Origin: Woeseiaceae bacterium
GTDB lineage: Bacteria; Pseudomonadota; Gammaproteobacteria; Steroidobacterales; Woeseiaceae
Direction: 5' to 3'
NCBI GenBank assembly: GCA_021773035.1
Contig: JAJFKU010000052.1
Coordinates: forward strand, 8,040 to 72,039
Length of the DNA: 64,000 nt
Shown here: piece by piece, positions 20,432-30,819 of the stretch
How positions within the stretch are numbered: the first letter of the stretch is position 1
Layout of the letters: each line of letters starts with the position of its first letter
Made by a program: the position numbers and the translations under genes
The notes under the pieces: generated by a model
Told to the model about the DNA's origin: nothing
Seen by the model: only the letters and a program-made list of their open reading frames with translations
Databases searched by the model: none

Positions 20432-21193
20432 CTAATTGCGTCCCGCCATCACACCGCCATCAACATCCCATATCGCGCCGGTTACCCAGTCTGCTTTCTC
20501 CGAGAGCAGGAACGCTATGACATTGCTGACATCTTCGCTCTTGCCGATTCGGCCGATGGGATGGAAGCCATCGAAGGCGGCCAGCGCCGAATCGATTTCC
20601 TCGCTGTCGATAAAGGCCTCATAGATCGGCGTCTTAACGACCGCCGGTGCTACCGCATTGACGCGGATGTTATGGTCGGCCAACTCCATCGCCATGTGCC
20701 GGGTCAGTGCATGCAGTCCTGCCTTCGCCATGGAATAGGCTGATGACGGTGTGGCCTTGATCGCCTGATGTGCCCACATGGAGCCGATGTTCACGATCGA
20801 GCCACCGCCGTGCTGCTGCATGTTCTTCGCGACTGCCTGCGAAACAAAGAACGTCGATTTGTTAATTCCCATGTACGCCTCGTAGTCAGCGTCGGTGTGA
20901 TCGAGAAACGGCGTCGGATTAAAGTATCCGGCGGCGTTTACCAGGTACCTGTAGTGGTCATCTGTATGGGCCAGATGCTGGGCGAGCCTGTCACGATCCA
21001 CTGGTGAATACAGGTCGGCATTGATACCCTGCGCTTTGCCATTAGCAGAGAGCGCCGTGACCGCCGCGTCGAGTTTTTCCGCATTCCTGCCGACGATGTC
21101 GGTATCGATGCCGGAGCGCAGTAGCTGTTCCGCGACTGCGTAGCCCATTCCCGATGAGCCGCCCACTATGAGTGCTTTTGTAGTCTGTTCCAT
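20432..21193 (-). CDS. SDR-family oxidoreductase
   Basis: TGxxxGxG-type loop ([10 protein letters not shown]), catalytic YxxxK (YSMAKAGLH) and C-terminal GAIWDVDGG. Confidence 0.9.
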   Translation of the reverse strand: MEQTTKALIVGGSSGMGYAVAEQLLRSGIDTDIVGRNAEKLDAAVTALSANGKAQGINADLYSPVDRDRLAQHLAHTDDHYRYLVNAAGYFNPTPFLDHTDADYEAYMGINKSTFFVSQAVAKNMQQHGGGSIVNIGSMWAHQAIKATPSSAYSMAKAGLHALTRHMAMELADHNIRVNAVAPAVVKTPIYEAFIDSEEIDSALAAFDGFHPIGRIGKSEDVSNVIAFLLSEKADWVTGAIWDVDGGVMAGRN

Positions 21194-21359
21194 ATCTTAG
21201 TCCTGGTAGATAAGCTGTTCGATATGAAGTAAGTTATGCGAACAGTATCTTGTTGAAAAGTAAGAATAATCCGGTTCAGTAGGTACTTTCTGGTACATCT
21301 TGTTGAAAACTCTCGAAAAGAAATTCGAAAAGAAATCGGCACCGGCACGGTCGGCACGG

Positions 21360-21665
21360 ATGGTTGAAGCCATTTACGGCTGCAAATGGTCACTGACCGT
21401 GTACCAGTTGCTGCATCACGGCATTAACCGGCCCGGCGAAATGGTGCGTAGCGTCGAAGGTCTGTCTACGAAGGTCCTCAATGACTGCTTACGAAAAAAC
21501 ACACAATTCGGCATATTGGAGCGCACCGCTTATCCGGAGTTGCCACCACGGGTCGAGTATCATGTCACCGATTTCGGTCAGAAATTTCTGACCGTTCTTG
21601 GTGCTTTGGAGGAGCTGCAGGACGACTTGTCCGGTGGCGATGAAAATCAAGAGGGTACGGGCTGA
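21360..21665 (+). CDS. HxlR-family transcriptional regulator
   Basis: CKWSLTVYQLLHHGINRPGEMVRSVEGLSTKVLNDCLRKNTQFGILERTAYPELPPRVEYHVTDFG. The ATG at 21360 is preferred; the ORF track begins at a TTG at 21300. Confidence 0.85.
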   Translation: MVEAIYGCKWSLTVYQLLHHGINRPGEMVRSVEGLSTKVLNDCLRKNTQFGILERTAYPELPPRVEYHVTDFGQKFLTVLGALEELQDDLSGGDENQEGTG

Positions 21666-21668
21666 GTC

Positions 21669-24068
21669 ATGCTGACGTTCGAACCGCGCAGGGGACAGCT
21701 GTTGTTAGTAAGAAAGAGTTACCGGCCGTTTGAATTCATGGCTGCGGCCATCGCCCTGTTGTTGCTGGCGTTGCCGCTGGCTGCGCAGGAAACCGTAGTG
21801 GTCGCGGTCGTCGCTGACGGCTCGCCCGATCGGTTGGCCGGCGAGCAGCAGAAGTACGAAGAAGAACTGCTGGCGCTGACAGGAAGCGAGTTCGACATAC
21901 AGTTGAAGCACTTTTCCGGCACATGGGATAAGGACTCCACGATAGCGGCCATAGAGAGTGCTTACTCGGATCCGGAGGTCAATCTTGTGCTCATCACCGG
22001 TTTCGTGGCCAACCAGATTGCGGCCACCCGGCGTGAGTTCCCCAAGCCGACTTTCTTGCCGGTTATCCTGGACACGGGTTTGCTGATGTCCGGAGCCAGC
22101 AACGGCACGTCTGGAATACCCAACCTCAATTACCTGAGCGGTCTGGCAAATTTTTCCGACGACCTGGATACACTGTCACGGTTCATCACTTATAAAAAAC
22201 TCGTATTGTTCGTCGATGAAGGATTGTCGTCGGCCATACCGGAACTGCGTACTGCTGCATTCGCTGCCAGCGAGGAGAAAGGTATCGAGCTGGTTGTGGT
22301 CACGCACGACGGGCTTGATCACCGCCTGATGAATCGTGTGCCGGCCGGCACCGAGGCGATATTCATCGCTGGATTGCCGCGCATGCCACCGTCCGATTTT
22401 GCGCTGTTGGTCGATGCCATCAACGCAGCGAGCCTGCCCAGCTTTAGCTTTGCCGGCGTCGCCGATGTTGAACGCGGCTTGCTAGTGACAGATCGGGAAC
22501 CCCGCGATGTCGATCGTCAGGCGCGGTTGAACGCGCTCAACATGCAGGCGGTCATGCTGGGCGAACGTGCGCAGGACCAGCCGATTGATTCTGCGATCAA
22601 AGAGCAGCTGACCATCAATATGGCGACCGCCAGGAAAATCGGTCTGTCGCCGAGTTTCGATATTATCGCCGACGCAGTACTGCTGAATCGCATTGAGGAA
22701 GTGCATGGTGAGGAATACGGGCTGGTTGAGATCGCCCGCCTGGCGCTGGCACAAAATCAGGACCTGCTGGCCGAAGGTTATGGTGTGCAGGCCGGTCTCG
22801 AGGAAATAGCTCGGGCTCGGGCGAATCTGCTGCCGCAGGTTGGCGCATCAGCGAGCCACACGCTGCGCAAAGATTCGCCGTCGGTAATGGCGGGTCTGCT
22901 GGCGGAGCGTTCCAACGATGCGGCGATCAGCGTAGACCAGCTGATCTACTCTGACGCGGCAACTGCGAATCTGAAGATACAGAAAGAGCTGCAGAGAACA
23001 CGTCTGGCCAGTTTGCAGGAGTTCAGACTCGACGTCGTGCAGGCTGCGACCACGGCGTACTACAGCGTTCTGAATGCGCGTTCGCAACTGGCGGTGCAGG
23101 AAAACAACTTGCGCATCAGTAGAGCGAACCTTGAGCTGGCTGAGAACCGGGTGCGTCTGGGCTCGTCAACTCCCGCGGATGTCTACCGATGGCAGGCCGA
23201 GGTCGCGCGTGCGCAGATATCGGTACTGAATGCCCGGGCCGCCGAGAGACAGTCCTGGGACACGCTGAATCGGATTCTGCACAAGCCACAGGGCGCGCGT
23301 CTTGCTCTCCGGGAAGCGTCATTCAACGAACCTTTTGTCATGACGCGGGAAGAGTTCGATCAGTTGATCGCGAGTCCGGCCGACTATGCGAAATTTTCGC
23401 GCTTTTACATTGACCGTGCGCTGCGCCAGGCGCCCGAACTGGAACAACTGGATGCTCAGATCGCCGCGAAACGGCGCGATCTGATCAGCCGACGGCGCTC
23501 CTACTGGTTGCCGGATTTTTCGATCGGTGGCCGCTACACCAGCAATCTGGACCAGTCCGGTCTGGGGGCTGGGCCGCAGGCCGGTCAGGATCTCAACGAC
23601 TGGAGCGTGGGTGTCCAGGCGACGTTGCCACTGTTCTCCGGTGGCCTCAAAAGAGCGAATGTTTCAAGGGCAAGCTACGAATTGCGGCAACTGGAGGCGC
23701 TGCGAAACTCGACTATCGAGCGCGTGGAAGAGCGTATTCGAAGCCAGTTGCACGCCGCTCAGGCGGCCTATGCGCAGATAGGCCTCTCCGCTGTGGCCGC
23801 AGATGCGTCGCGGAAAAACTTCGACCTCGTCAGCGACGCCTACGCGCGCGGCACGGTGACCGTCATCGAACTGCTGGATGCACAGGATTCCAGCATCACG
23901 GCGGCGGCCGCATCGGCAGAGTCCTTATACGGCTTCCTGACTACCATTATGGCGATGCAGAGAGCAGTCGGTGGCTATGACTACCTGTTAAGCCCTGAAC
24001 AAAGAGACGAGCTCGCGATCGAGTTTCGTCGCTCCATTATAGGAAAGAGCAATGAAACCCAGAACTGA
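21669..24068 (+). CDS. TolC-like outer membrane efflux protein with about 330-aa N-terminal periplasmic-binding-protein-like extension
   Basis: C-terminal 450 aa shows paired OEP repeats (LPQVGASASHTL..., YWLPDFSIGGRYTSN..., ATLPLFSGGLKRANV). The N-terminal part resembles the ABC_sub_bind/PBP type I fold (ETVVVAVVADGSPD...KKLVLFVDEG...). Confidence 0.75.
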   Translation: MLTFEPRRGQLLLVRKSYRPFEFMAAAIALLLLALPLAAQETVVVAVVADGSPDRLAGEQQKYEEELLALTGSEFDIQLKHFSGTWDKDSTIAAIESAYSDPEVNLVLITGFVANQIAATRREFPKPTFLPVILDTGLLMSGASNGTSGIPNLNYLSGLANFSDDLDTLSRFITYKKLVLFVDEGLSSAIPELRTAAFAASEEKGIELVVVTHDGLDHRLMNRVPAGTEAIFIAGLPRMPPSDFALLVDAINAASLPSFSFAGVADVERGLLVTDREPRDVDRQARLNALNMQAVMLGERAQDQPIDSAIKEQLTINMATARKIGLSPSFDIIADAVLLNRIEEVHGEEYGLVEIARLALAQNQDLLAEGYGVQAGLEEIARARANLLPQVGASASHTLRKDSPSVMAGLLAERSNDAAISVDQLIYSDAATANLKIQKELQRTRLASLQEFRLDVVQAATTAYYSVLNARSQLAVQENNLRISRANLELAENRVRLGSSTPADVYRWQAEVARAQISVLNARAAERQSWDTLNRILHKPQGARLALREASFNEPFVMTREEFDQLIASPADYAKFSRFYIDRALRQAPELEQLDAQIAAKRRDLISRRRSYWLPDFSIGGRYTSNLDQSGLGAGPQAGQDLNDWSVGVQATLPLFSGGLKRANVSRASYELRQLEALRNSTIERVEERIRSQLHAAQAAYAQIGLSAVAADASRKNFDLVSDAYARGTVTVIELLDAQDSSITAAAASAESLYGFLTTIMAMQRAVGGYDYLLSPEQRDELAIEFRRSIIGKSNETQN

Positions 24069-25161
24069 GCTTATCGTCTTGCTGATCGCGGCTATAGCCG
24101 TGGCGGGCTGTGGAAAATCCGACGAGGCCGTCGAGGAACGCCTGCGCCCGGTCCGCGTTATAAGCGTGAGTGACGACAGTGTTTTCAGAGATCGAAGTTT
24201 TTCCGGAACATCGAAGTCCAGCCGCGAGTCGCGACTGAGTTTCAAGGTGTCGGGCACCGTCATCAATGTGCCGGTGCAGATCGGCCAGCGGCTCAAAGCC
24301 GGCGACCTGATCGCCGAAATCGATCCGGCGAGCTACAACCTGCAGGTGCAGCAGGCGCAGGCATCGCTGGTTGAGGCACAGGCCAACGATCGCAGGGCGG
24401 CAGCGAATTACGAGCGCACCAAGGGTTTGTACGCGAATGACAATGCGTCCTTAAACGATCTCGACGCGGCGCGCGCGCAGGCGGAGTCGTCCGGAGCGGT
24501 CGTCGCGTCGGCGAGCAAGGCGCTCGAGATTGCACGTCTGAATGCCTCTTATACGAAACTGACGGCCGATGCCGATTGTTCGATTGCGTCGCTCGATATC
24601 GAAGTCAACGAAAACGCCTCGCCCGGTCAGCAGGTCGCTGTGGTGAGTTGCGGCGACGCCTTCGAGGTTACTATCGACCTTCCCGAAAGTCTGATTGGCC
24701 TGGTTGACGAAAGTACGCCGGTAAGCGTTGCTTTCGGTTCCATTCCGGAGCAGAGCTTCGATGGGGATATTTCCGAAATCTCGGTGGCGTCCGCATCCGG
24801 CTCGGCCGGTTTTCCGGTGGTTATCCGGATCGCGGGGAGCCATCCTTCCTTACGATCCGGTCTTGCCGCCGATGTTACGTTTCAGTTCGATGCGGCGGCC
24901 GCGCGCGGTGCCGGCGTCGTTATACCGGTGACGGCGGTGATCAATGATCAGGACGGCACCTTCGTTTTCATCGCTGCGCCAGCCGAAACCGCCGGAGAGG
25001 CGCTCGTTACGCGCCGGCCCGTCACGGTCGGGGAGCTCTCGCAGTTCGGTATCGAAGTGCTTGACGGCCTCGAACTGGGCGACAGGGTCATTACTGCCGG
25101 TGTTTCGGTGATTCGCGATGGTCAGCGGGTCCTCGTTTCGGCCGAGAACCAGGGGCGCTAG
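24052..25161 (+). CDS. Efflux RND periplasmic adaptor (membrane fusion protein), lipoprotein
   Basis: Lipobox (AIAVAGCGKS), barrel-sandwich/hairpin motifs (VSGTVINVPVQIGQRLKAGDLIAEIDP, coiled coil). Overlaps the upstream gene's stop. Confidence 0.9.
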   Translation: MKPRTELIVLLIAAIAVAGCGKSDEAVEERLRPVRVISVSDDSVFRDRSFSGTSKSSRESRLSFKVSGTVINVPVQIGQRLKAGDLIAEIDPASYNLQVQQAQASLVEAQANDRRAAANYERTKGLYANDNASLNDLDAARAQAESSGAVVASASKALEIARLNASYTKLTADADCSIASLDIEVNENASPGQQVAVVSCGDAFEVTIDLPESLIGLVDESTPVSVAFGSIPEQSFDGDISEISVASASGSAGFPVVIRIAGSHPSLRSGLAADVTFQFDAAAARGAGVVIPVTAVINDQDGTFVFIAAPAETAGEALVTRRPVTVGELSQFGIEVLDGLELGDRVITAGVSVIRDGQRVLVSAENQGR

Positions 25162-25166
25162 CAACC

Positions 25167-28100
25167 GTGAACCTTACCGCAGCGGCGATTCAGGGTAACC
25201 GCGTAACACTGACGATCGTGGCCTTGCTGGTTATCGCGGGCAGTTTTGCCTACGAAAGCCTGCCCAAGGCGCAGGACCCGGGGTTCACGATTCGAACGGC
25301 CGTGATTACGACGCGTTTTCCCGGCGCCAGCCCCGAGCGCGTCGAGTTGCTCGTTACCGACAAGATCGAAAAGAAAATCCAGGAAATGCCGGAGATCGAT
25401 TCGATAACGAGTGAGTCTCGTACCGGAATCTCGATCATCAATGCCAATTTCAAGGAAAGCTACAAGATCATGCGGCCGATCTTCGACGATCTGCGCCGTA
25501 AGGTGGATGTGGTCACGGCAGATCTCCCGCAGGGCGCGCAGACACCGGAAGTCAATGACGAGTTCGGCGACGTATTCGGCAGTGTTTATACGTTGGCGGG
25601 CGACGGTTTTTCCTATGCGGAACTGAAGACGGTCGCCGACGAATTGCGTGACGAACTTCTGAAGGAGCCCGATATCGGCAAGGTGTCGATTCACGGTGCG
25701 CAGCAGGAAGTGATTTTCGTCGAGTACAATAACTCCCGCCTCGCAGAACTCGGCTTGTCACCGCAACAGCTTTCGGCATCGCTTGCCAGTGTCAACATCC
25801 TGCTGTCCGGAGGCGATATTGTCAGCGGGCGCGAACGCATTACCCTTGAACCGACCGGCAACTTCGAGTCCGTCGAAGACCTGCAGCGCACCGTCATCCA
25901 GCTGCCGGGCGGTGACCTCGTGACGCTCGAAGATATCGTCGATATCTATCGCGGTTACAAGGATCCGCCGCAGAGTATCAGTCGCGTCAACGGCGAGCCG
26001 ACGCTGGCCATCGCGATTTCGATGCGTGAGGGCGGCGACATACTCAAGCTTGGTGAACGCCTGGACGTGCTGATGCCGGAACTCATCGATCGTTACCCGT
26101 GGGGTATTGCGATCGACAAAGTCTGGTTTCAGGCAGATCTTGTCGACGATGTCGTGCAGTCTTTTACGTCGAGCCTGATCCAGGCGATCGTTATCGTCAT
26201 CCTCGTAATGATTGCCTTCCTGGGTCTGCGCATCGGGCTCGTTGTCGGTTCGCTGATTCCGACGACTATGGTGGCGTCGTTTTTCGTGATGCAGCTGTTC
26301 GATATCACGATCAACCAGATATCGCTGACCGCGCTGATTATTGCCCTCGGCCTGCTGGTCGACAACGCGATCGTCGTCGTGGAGTCCATTCTTGTCAAAC
26401 GCGAGAACGGGCAGGACGCGGTTACGGCGGCTATAGAGTCCGGGAAGGAACTCAAGACGCCGTTGCTGATCTCGTCATTGACGACAGCCGCTGCATTCAT
26501 GCCGATAGCAATGGCGAAATCGGCTGTCGGCGAGTATACGTCCGACATTTTTTACGTTGTTGGCATAGCGTTGCTGATGTCGTGGCTGCTGGCGATGACG
26601 TTTGTACCGCTGCTGTCTACCGTTACGTTGAAAACTCCGTCGCAGCAACGTGACGACGATAGCGAGCCGTTCGCTGGGCGCTGGTATGCTTACTACCGCA
26701 ATCTGCTGACCTTGTCCCTGCACCACCGGACCTCTTTTGTGGCCATAATTCTTGCGTTATTCGCTATTGCCATGGTCGGCATGGGTTTGGTGCGCCAGGA
26801 ATTCATCGCACCGTCCGAAGACCCGGTGTTCTCCGCCAAGCTGGAGCTACCGCTCGGCACGTCTATCGAAGCGAGTCAGGAGGTGATTGCCGATATCGAT
26901 CGCTTCATTGAGGAGACCTACTTTGCGCCGGCGACGGGTGAGCCACGTTTGCGTAACTGGCTGACGTTCATTGGCGAGGGTGGACCCAGGTTTCAGCTAA
27001 GCCTGAACCCGCCTAACCCGAATCCGGCGAATTCCTTTCTGGTTGCAAACACGTTAAGCGGTAAAGATGTCACCGACGTAATCGCCGGTATCGAAAAATA
27101 CGTTCGTGAGAATCACCCGGATCTCGCGGCGCAGGTGAAGCGCCTCGACAATGGGCCGCCCGTCGATTTTCCGATCATCGTGCGAGTTTCCGGGCACGAC
27201 TTCGACAGCCTGTATTCGATCGCGGATCAGATCACCGAGTTTCTTTACGGGTTGCCGGAGGTATCCGAGGTTCAGAACTCCTGGGGTCTGCAGACTAAGA
27301 AACTGCTGGTCAGCGTCGATCAGGAGCTGGCGCGGCGTTCCGGGGTTACGAGCGAAGACGTTGCCTATTCGTTGCAGGCCGGCTTAACCGGGATCGAGCT
27401 GACGCAGTATCGTGAGGACGATGAGCTGATACCTGTGACGCTGCGGACGATTGCTGCCGACAGACAGGATTTCAGCAAACTCGACGGTCTTAGCGTTTAT
27501 TCGCAAAGTACTGGCAGCAACGTGCCGCTGAAACAGGTAGCGAACGTTACGCTGACTTTTGAGGCGGGTGTTATCAAGCGCCGCGACCGCGACAGAACCT
27601 TGTCGCTCAATGTCCAGTTACGCCCAGGCGCGACGGCAGCCGAAACTGCATCGGTGCTGAAGCCGTGGCTGGCGGAAGCCGTGGCGAGCTGGCCGGAAGG
27701 TCATGAATATGAAGTAGGCGGTGAAACGGAGGAGTCCGGTGACGCCAATGCGTCAATCGCCGCGGAACTGCCAATGGCCGGCATGCTGATCCTGTTGCTG
27801 CTGGTCGGTCAGTTCAATTCGCTGCGCCGCCCGGCGATTATCCTCTCGACGATACCGCTCGGCTTAATCGGCGTCACATTCGGCCTGCTGGTTGCCGACT
27901 CGTCGTTCGGCTTCTTTACGATTCTTGGTTTGATCTCACTGTCGGGAATCATCATCAACAATGCGATCGTGCTGTTGGACAGAATCGCGATCGAAATTCG
28001 CGATTTCGGTCGCAGCCAGGCCGATGCCGTCATGACTGCGTGTCAGCAACGACTAAGACCGATTCTCCTGACCACAGCAACAACCGTCCTGGGAATGACG

Positions 28101-28241
28101 CCGCTGCTTTGGGGCGGTACGGCAATGTTCAAGCCGATGGCTATCACGATCATTTTCGGCCTGGCATTTGCTACAGCTTTGACGCTGCTGGTTGTACCGG
28201 TGCTGTATGCGGTGTTTTTCCGCGTATCGTTCGAAGACTAA
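25167..28241 (+). CDS. Efflux RND transporter permease (AcrB/HAE family)
   Basis: 1024 aa with 12-TM, two-large-loop architecture and conserved TM4 segment (ALGLLVDNAIVVVESI). GTG start. Confidence 0.92.
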   Translation: MNLTAAAIQGNRVTLTIVALLVIAGSFAYESLPKAQDPGFTIRTAVITTRFPGASPERVELLVTDKIEKKIQEMPEIDSITSESRTGISIINANFKESYKIMRPIFDDLRRKVDVVTADLPQGAQTPEVNDEFGDVFGSVYTLAGDGFSYAELKTVADELRDELLKEPDIGKVSIHGAQQEVIFVEYNNSRLAELGLSPQQLSASLASVNILLSGGDIVSGRERITLEPTGNFESVEDLQRTVIQLPGGDLVTLEDIVDIYRGYKDPPQSISRVNGEPTLAIAISMREGGDILKLGERLDVLMPELIDRYPWGIAIDKVWFQADLVDDVVQSFTSSLIQAIVIVILVMIAFLGLRIGLVVGSLIPTTMVASFFVMQLFDITINQISLTALIIALGLLVDNAIVVVESILVKRENGQDAVTAAIESGKELKTPLLISSLTTAAAFMPIAMAKSAVGEYTSDIFYVVGIALLMSWLLAMTFVPLLSTVTLKTPSQQRDDDSEPFAGRWYAYYRNLLTLSLHHRTSFVAIILALFAIAMVGMGLVRQEFIAPSEDPVFSAKLELPLGTSIEASQEVIADIDRFIEETYFAPATGEPRLRNWLTFIGEGGPRFQLSLNPPNPNPANSFLVANTLSGKDVTDVIAGIEKYVRENHPDLAAQVKRLDNGPPVDFPIIVRVSGHDFDSLYSIADQITEFLYGLPEVSEVQNSWGLQTKKLLVSVDQELARRSGVTSEDVAYSLQAGLTGIELTQYREDDELIPVTLRTIAADRQDFSKLDGLSVYSQSTGSNVPLKQVANVTLTFEAGVIKRRDRDRTLSLNVQLRPGATAAETASVLKPWLAEAVASWPEGHEYEVGGETEESGDANASIAAELPMAGMLILLLLVGQFNSLRRPAIILSTIPLGLIGVTFGLLVADSSFGFFTILGLISLSGIIINNAIVLLDRIAIEIRDFGRSQADAVMTACQQRLRPILLTTATTVLGMTPLLWGGTAMFKPMAITIIFGLAFATALTLLVVPVLYAVFFRVSFED

Positions 28242-28269
28242 GGTCGCGGCTTACAGCCCGCGACCTTTT
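28241..28269. terminator. Bidirectional stem-loop between convergent genes
   Basis: AGGTCGCGG-cttacagc-CCGCGACCT followed by TTTT. It overlaps the stop region of the minus-strand gene 28251-28724. Confidence 0.55.
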
Positions 28270-28724
28270 GCGCTACCGACCAGCTTGTTGGTATCCATAT
28301 CGTAAATGGCGCAAACCACCTCACGGTCGTCCTGTTGCCAGCTTTGTGCGGTTGGATACATCGTCAGAATCTCCAGCGACGACGACTCGTAGTCCTTGCC
28401 GACGAAGGCTTCAAACTTCGTCATGCAGGAGTCGTAGGCCAGTTCTTCTATGCCATCGCCCGCCGGATAGTCCGCTACCGTGAGATCGATGACGGCGAAA
28501 GTCTCGTTATCGTGCGGCTCGGAGCAGGGTACGCCCGGTACGCTGGTGACCTCTTCCTCATAGGCGCTGGTGTCGTCAAAGCAATCGCCGACTCTCATCT
28601 GAAATGCATCGACGCGTCCTTCACCGACAATAGCGCCGGAGTCGTCCCGGTCGACTTTGGTAGCCGCGCCGTAGATGAAGAAACCCAGTGCCGCCGCAAT
28701 GTAAATACCCCAACTTTTCATCAA
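28251..28724 (-). CDS. Membrane-anchored Cys-containing protein, septum-formation (PF13845-like) domain suspected
   Basis: N-terminal TM (WGIYIAAALGFFIYGAA). Pattern VGDCFDD...VPCSEPHDNETFAV...YDSC...VVCAIYD is recalled for that family. Confidence 0.6.
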   Translation of the reverse strand: MMKSWGIYIAAALGFFIYGAATKVDRDDSGAIVGEGRVDAFQMRVGDCFDDTSAYEEEVTSVPGVPCSEPHDNETFAVIDLTVADYPAGDGIEELAYDSCMTKFEAFVGKDYESSSLEILTMYPTAQSWQQDDREVVCAIYDMDTNKLVGSAKGRGL

Positions 28725-28820
28725 GTTCTCCCGAAGGCTGTCTGTGCCTTATTCAGCGTCAGAGTCTGCTTGAAAAGGCTGTTCAAACAAGGGCACAGGT
28801 CTCGATTTTTGCAGGAAACG

Positions 28821-29405
28821 TCAGTCGTCAAGGGCGTTACGGGTCATCTTTTCCAGCCTGGGTAGCAGTGATTTCGCAAACCAGGGATTCTTCTTCAGCC
28901 AGATATTGTTACGTGGACTGGGGTGGGGAAGGGGTATGACTGCGGGACCGTAGCTTCGCCATGCGCGGACCGTTTCAGTCAGATTCTTATCCTTGTCGTC
29001 AAGATGCCAGCGTTGCGCGAACTGGCCAATAAGCAAGGTCAGCCGGATGCGCGGCAGCACGTCGAGAAGTTGTTGTCGCCATTCTTTGGCGCACTCCGGC
29101 CGTGGCGGCAGGTCGCCTGATTTCCCCGTTCCGGGAAAGCAAAAGCCCATTGGCAGGATTGCAATTTTGCCGGCGTCGTAGAAGGTGTCTTTCGATATGC
29201 CCATCCAATCGCGCAGCCGGTCGCCGCTGGGGTCGTCAAACGGCACGCCGCTTTCGTGAACGCGCCGACCGGGCGCCTGGCCCGCGATCAGGATTCTGGC
29301 CTGTGGATCAATCTGAACGACCGGGCGCGGACCGTGCGGTAGTGATGCCTCGCATAGTCGGCATTGGCGAACGGCCGTCACGAGCTGAGAGAACTGTTTG
29401 CTCAT
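28821..29405 (-). CDS. Uracil-DNA glycosylase superfamily protein
   Basis: Motifs IAGQAPG...DPSGDRL and LPHPSPRN. The start at ATG 29405 (MSKQFSQL...) is preferred over the longer ORF. Confidence 0.8.
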   Translation of the reverse strand: MSKQFSQLVTAVRQCRLCEASLPHGPRPVVQIDPQARILIAGQAPGRRVHESGVPFDDPSGDRLRDWMGISKDTFYDAGKIAILPMGFCFPGTGKSGDLPPRPECAKEWRQQLLDVLPRIRLTLLIGQFAQRWHLDDKDKNLTETVRAWRSYGPAVIPLPHPSPRNNIWLKKNPWFAKSLLPRLEKMTRNALDD

Positions 29406-29464
29406 GCCGTTGACTATCTCATATAGATCGCTACTGTTGCAGCAAAGCACGATGGAGAAACGCT

Positions 29465-30319
29465 GTGCGTAACCTAATTGCCGCCATTGGACTGCTGCCG
29501 ATAGTCTCTGTGCTCTGCGCCATTGGGGGCCATGTATCTGCTGAGCCGACTGACAGCACGTCGGGCAAGCGGATTGCGCTGTCGTTCGACGATGCGCCAA
29601 AAGGCCCGGGTCCGGCGTTTAGCGGTGATGCGCGCACCGTCCGGCTCACCGGGGCACTGGAGGCTGCGGACACCGGGCCGGTGGTTTTCTTCGTAACGAC
29701 GTCTCGTTTCAAGAAGGCGGGTGGCAGGGAGCGCGTGGCCTCTTACGCTGAAGCCGGCCACCTGATCGCGAATCATTCACACTCTCACACCTGGCTGAAA
29801 CGTACGGATACCGATCTGTACATTGCGGACATCGACGAAGCGGAGAGCTTGTTGACCGACTTCGAGAACCGGCGCTCGTGGTTTCGGTTTCTGTTCCTGG
29901 ACGAAGGAGCGCCGCTGGAGAAGCGCGATGCGGTTCGAGTGGCTTTGCGCGAACGTGGCCTGCTGAATGGCTATGTCACGATCGACAACTACGATTGGTA
30001 CCTCGATATGAAGTGGAAGCAGGCGGTCGATGCCGGTCACAGCGTCGATATTGACGCGTTGCGGAACATCTATGTCGAGATGTTGCTGGATGCCGCTGCT
30101 TTTTACGACAGTCTGGCGACGGAATACATCGGTACATCGCCTGTGCACATGTTGCTGTTGCATGAGAACGACGTTGCCGCACTTGCAATCGAAGTGGGCC
30201 TGGACCCGCGCCGCCTGAGCCATCTGGCAATCGAGGAATCCCAGATCGATGCACTGCTGGTCGAGCGGGGCGTGTTCGACGATTCGGATGAGGGATCACC
30301 GGGCGCTAGTGATCAATAA
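29465..30319 (+). CDS. Polysaccharide deacetylase (NodB-homology) family protein
   Basis: Signal peptide, then KRIALSFDDAPKG (NodB motif 1) and IANHSHSHTWL (His motif). GTG start with GGAG 8 nt upstream. Confidence 0.8.
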   Translation: MRNLIAAIGLLPIVSVLCAIGGHVSAEPTDSTSGKRIALSFDDAPKGPGPAFSGDARTVRLTGALEAADTGPVVFFVTTSRFKKAGGRERVASYAEAGHLIANHSHSHTWLKRTDTDLYIADIDEAESLLTDFENRRSWFRFLFLDEGAPLEKRDAVRVALRERGLLNGYVTIDNYDWYLDMKWKQAVDAGHSVDIDALRNIYVEMLLDAAAFYDSLATEYIGTSPVHMLLLHENDVAALAIEVGLDPRRLSHLAIEESQIDALLVERGVFDDSDEGSPGASDQ

Positions 30320-30791
30320 GACTGCCATCGATAGCAACATACTGTCGTGCTCTGATACCCGTGCCGGCCTGGGCGGGTACGCCTGACAGCCGTATGGCGA
30401 CTGACTGTGCGCCGCCGGTTGTTTGTTGGTCACGTCTACCTGCACGGACTTCTACCAGCATCCCGAGGCTTTTGAAAAGTAAGGACTGATCAAAACCGTT
30501 ACTCCTCGAGCCGACGAATTGCCGTCTGTTGACGAAGCAGGTTTTGCTGCCATCGGCCAGCGTCGCAAAACACTCCGAGTAACGCATCGGAGTCTCGACG
30601 AAGTAGGTCGTGACGTCGGCATGACTTGCATTCCGCAGCGGGATAAGCTGGTCAAGAATACATGCGAAGTTCTGCAGCTCACGGCGCCTGGTTCGTCGTG
30701 AACCCTGCTCGCCGGGGAGCGGCAGGCGCGGATTGCTGTGCGCCGCTGCGTTTCGAATCTCCGTGCTGCTTTCGGTCAAGGTCATATTCAT
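30306..30791 (-). CDS. Hypothetical protein (weak call)
   Basis: 161-aa ORF directly downstream of the isocitrate lyase remnant. Arg-rich, no recognisable motif, and overlaps the convergent deacetylase stop by 14 nt. Confidence 0.35.
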   Translation of the reverse strand: MNMTLTESSTEIRNAAAHSNPRLPLPGEQGSRRTRRRELQNFACILDQLIPLRNASHADVTTYFVETPMRYSECFATLADGSKTCFVNRRQFVGSRSNGFDQSLLFKSLGMLVEVRAGRRDQQTTGGAQSVAIRLSGVPAQAGTGIRARQYVAIDGSLIDH

Positions 30792-30819
30792 CTTGAGGTC
30801 CTCTTCTGCTTGATTGCTA

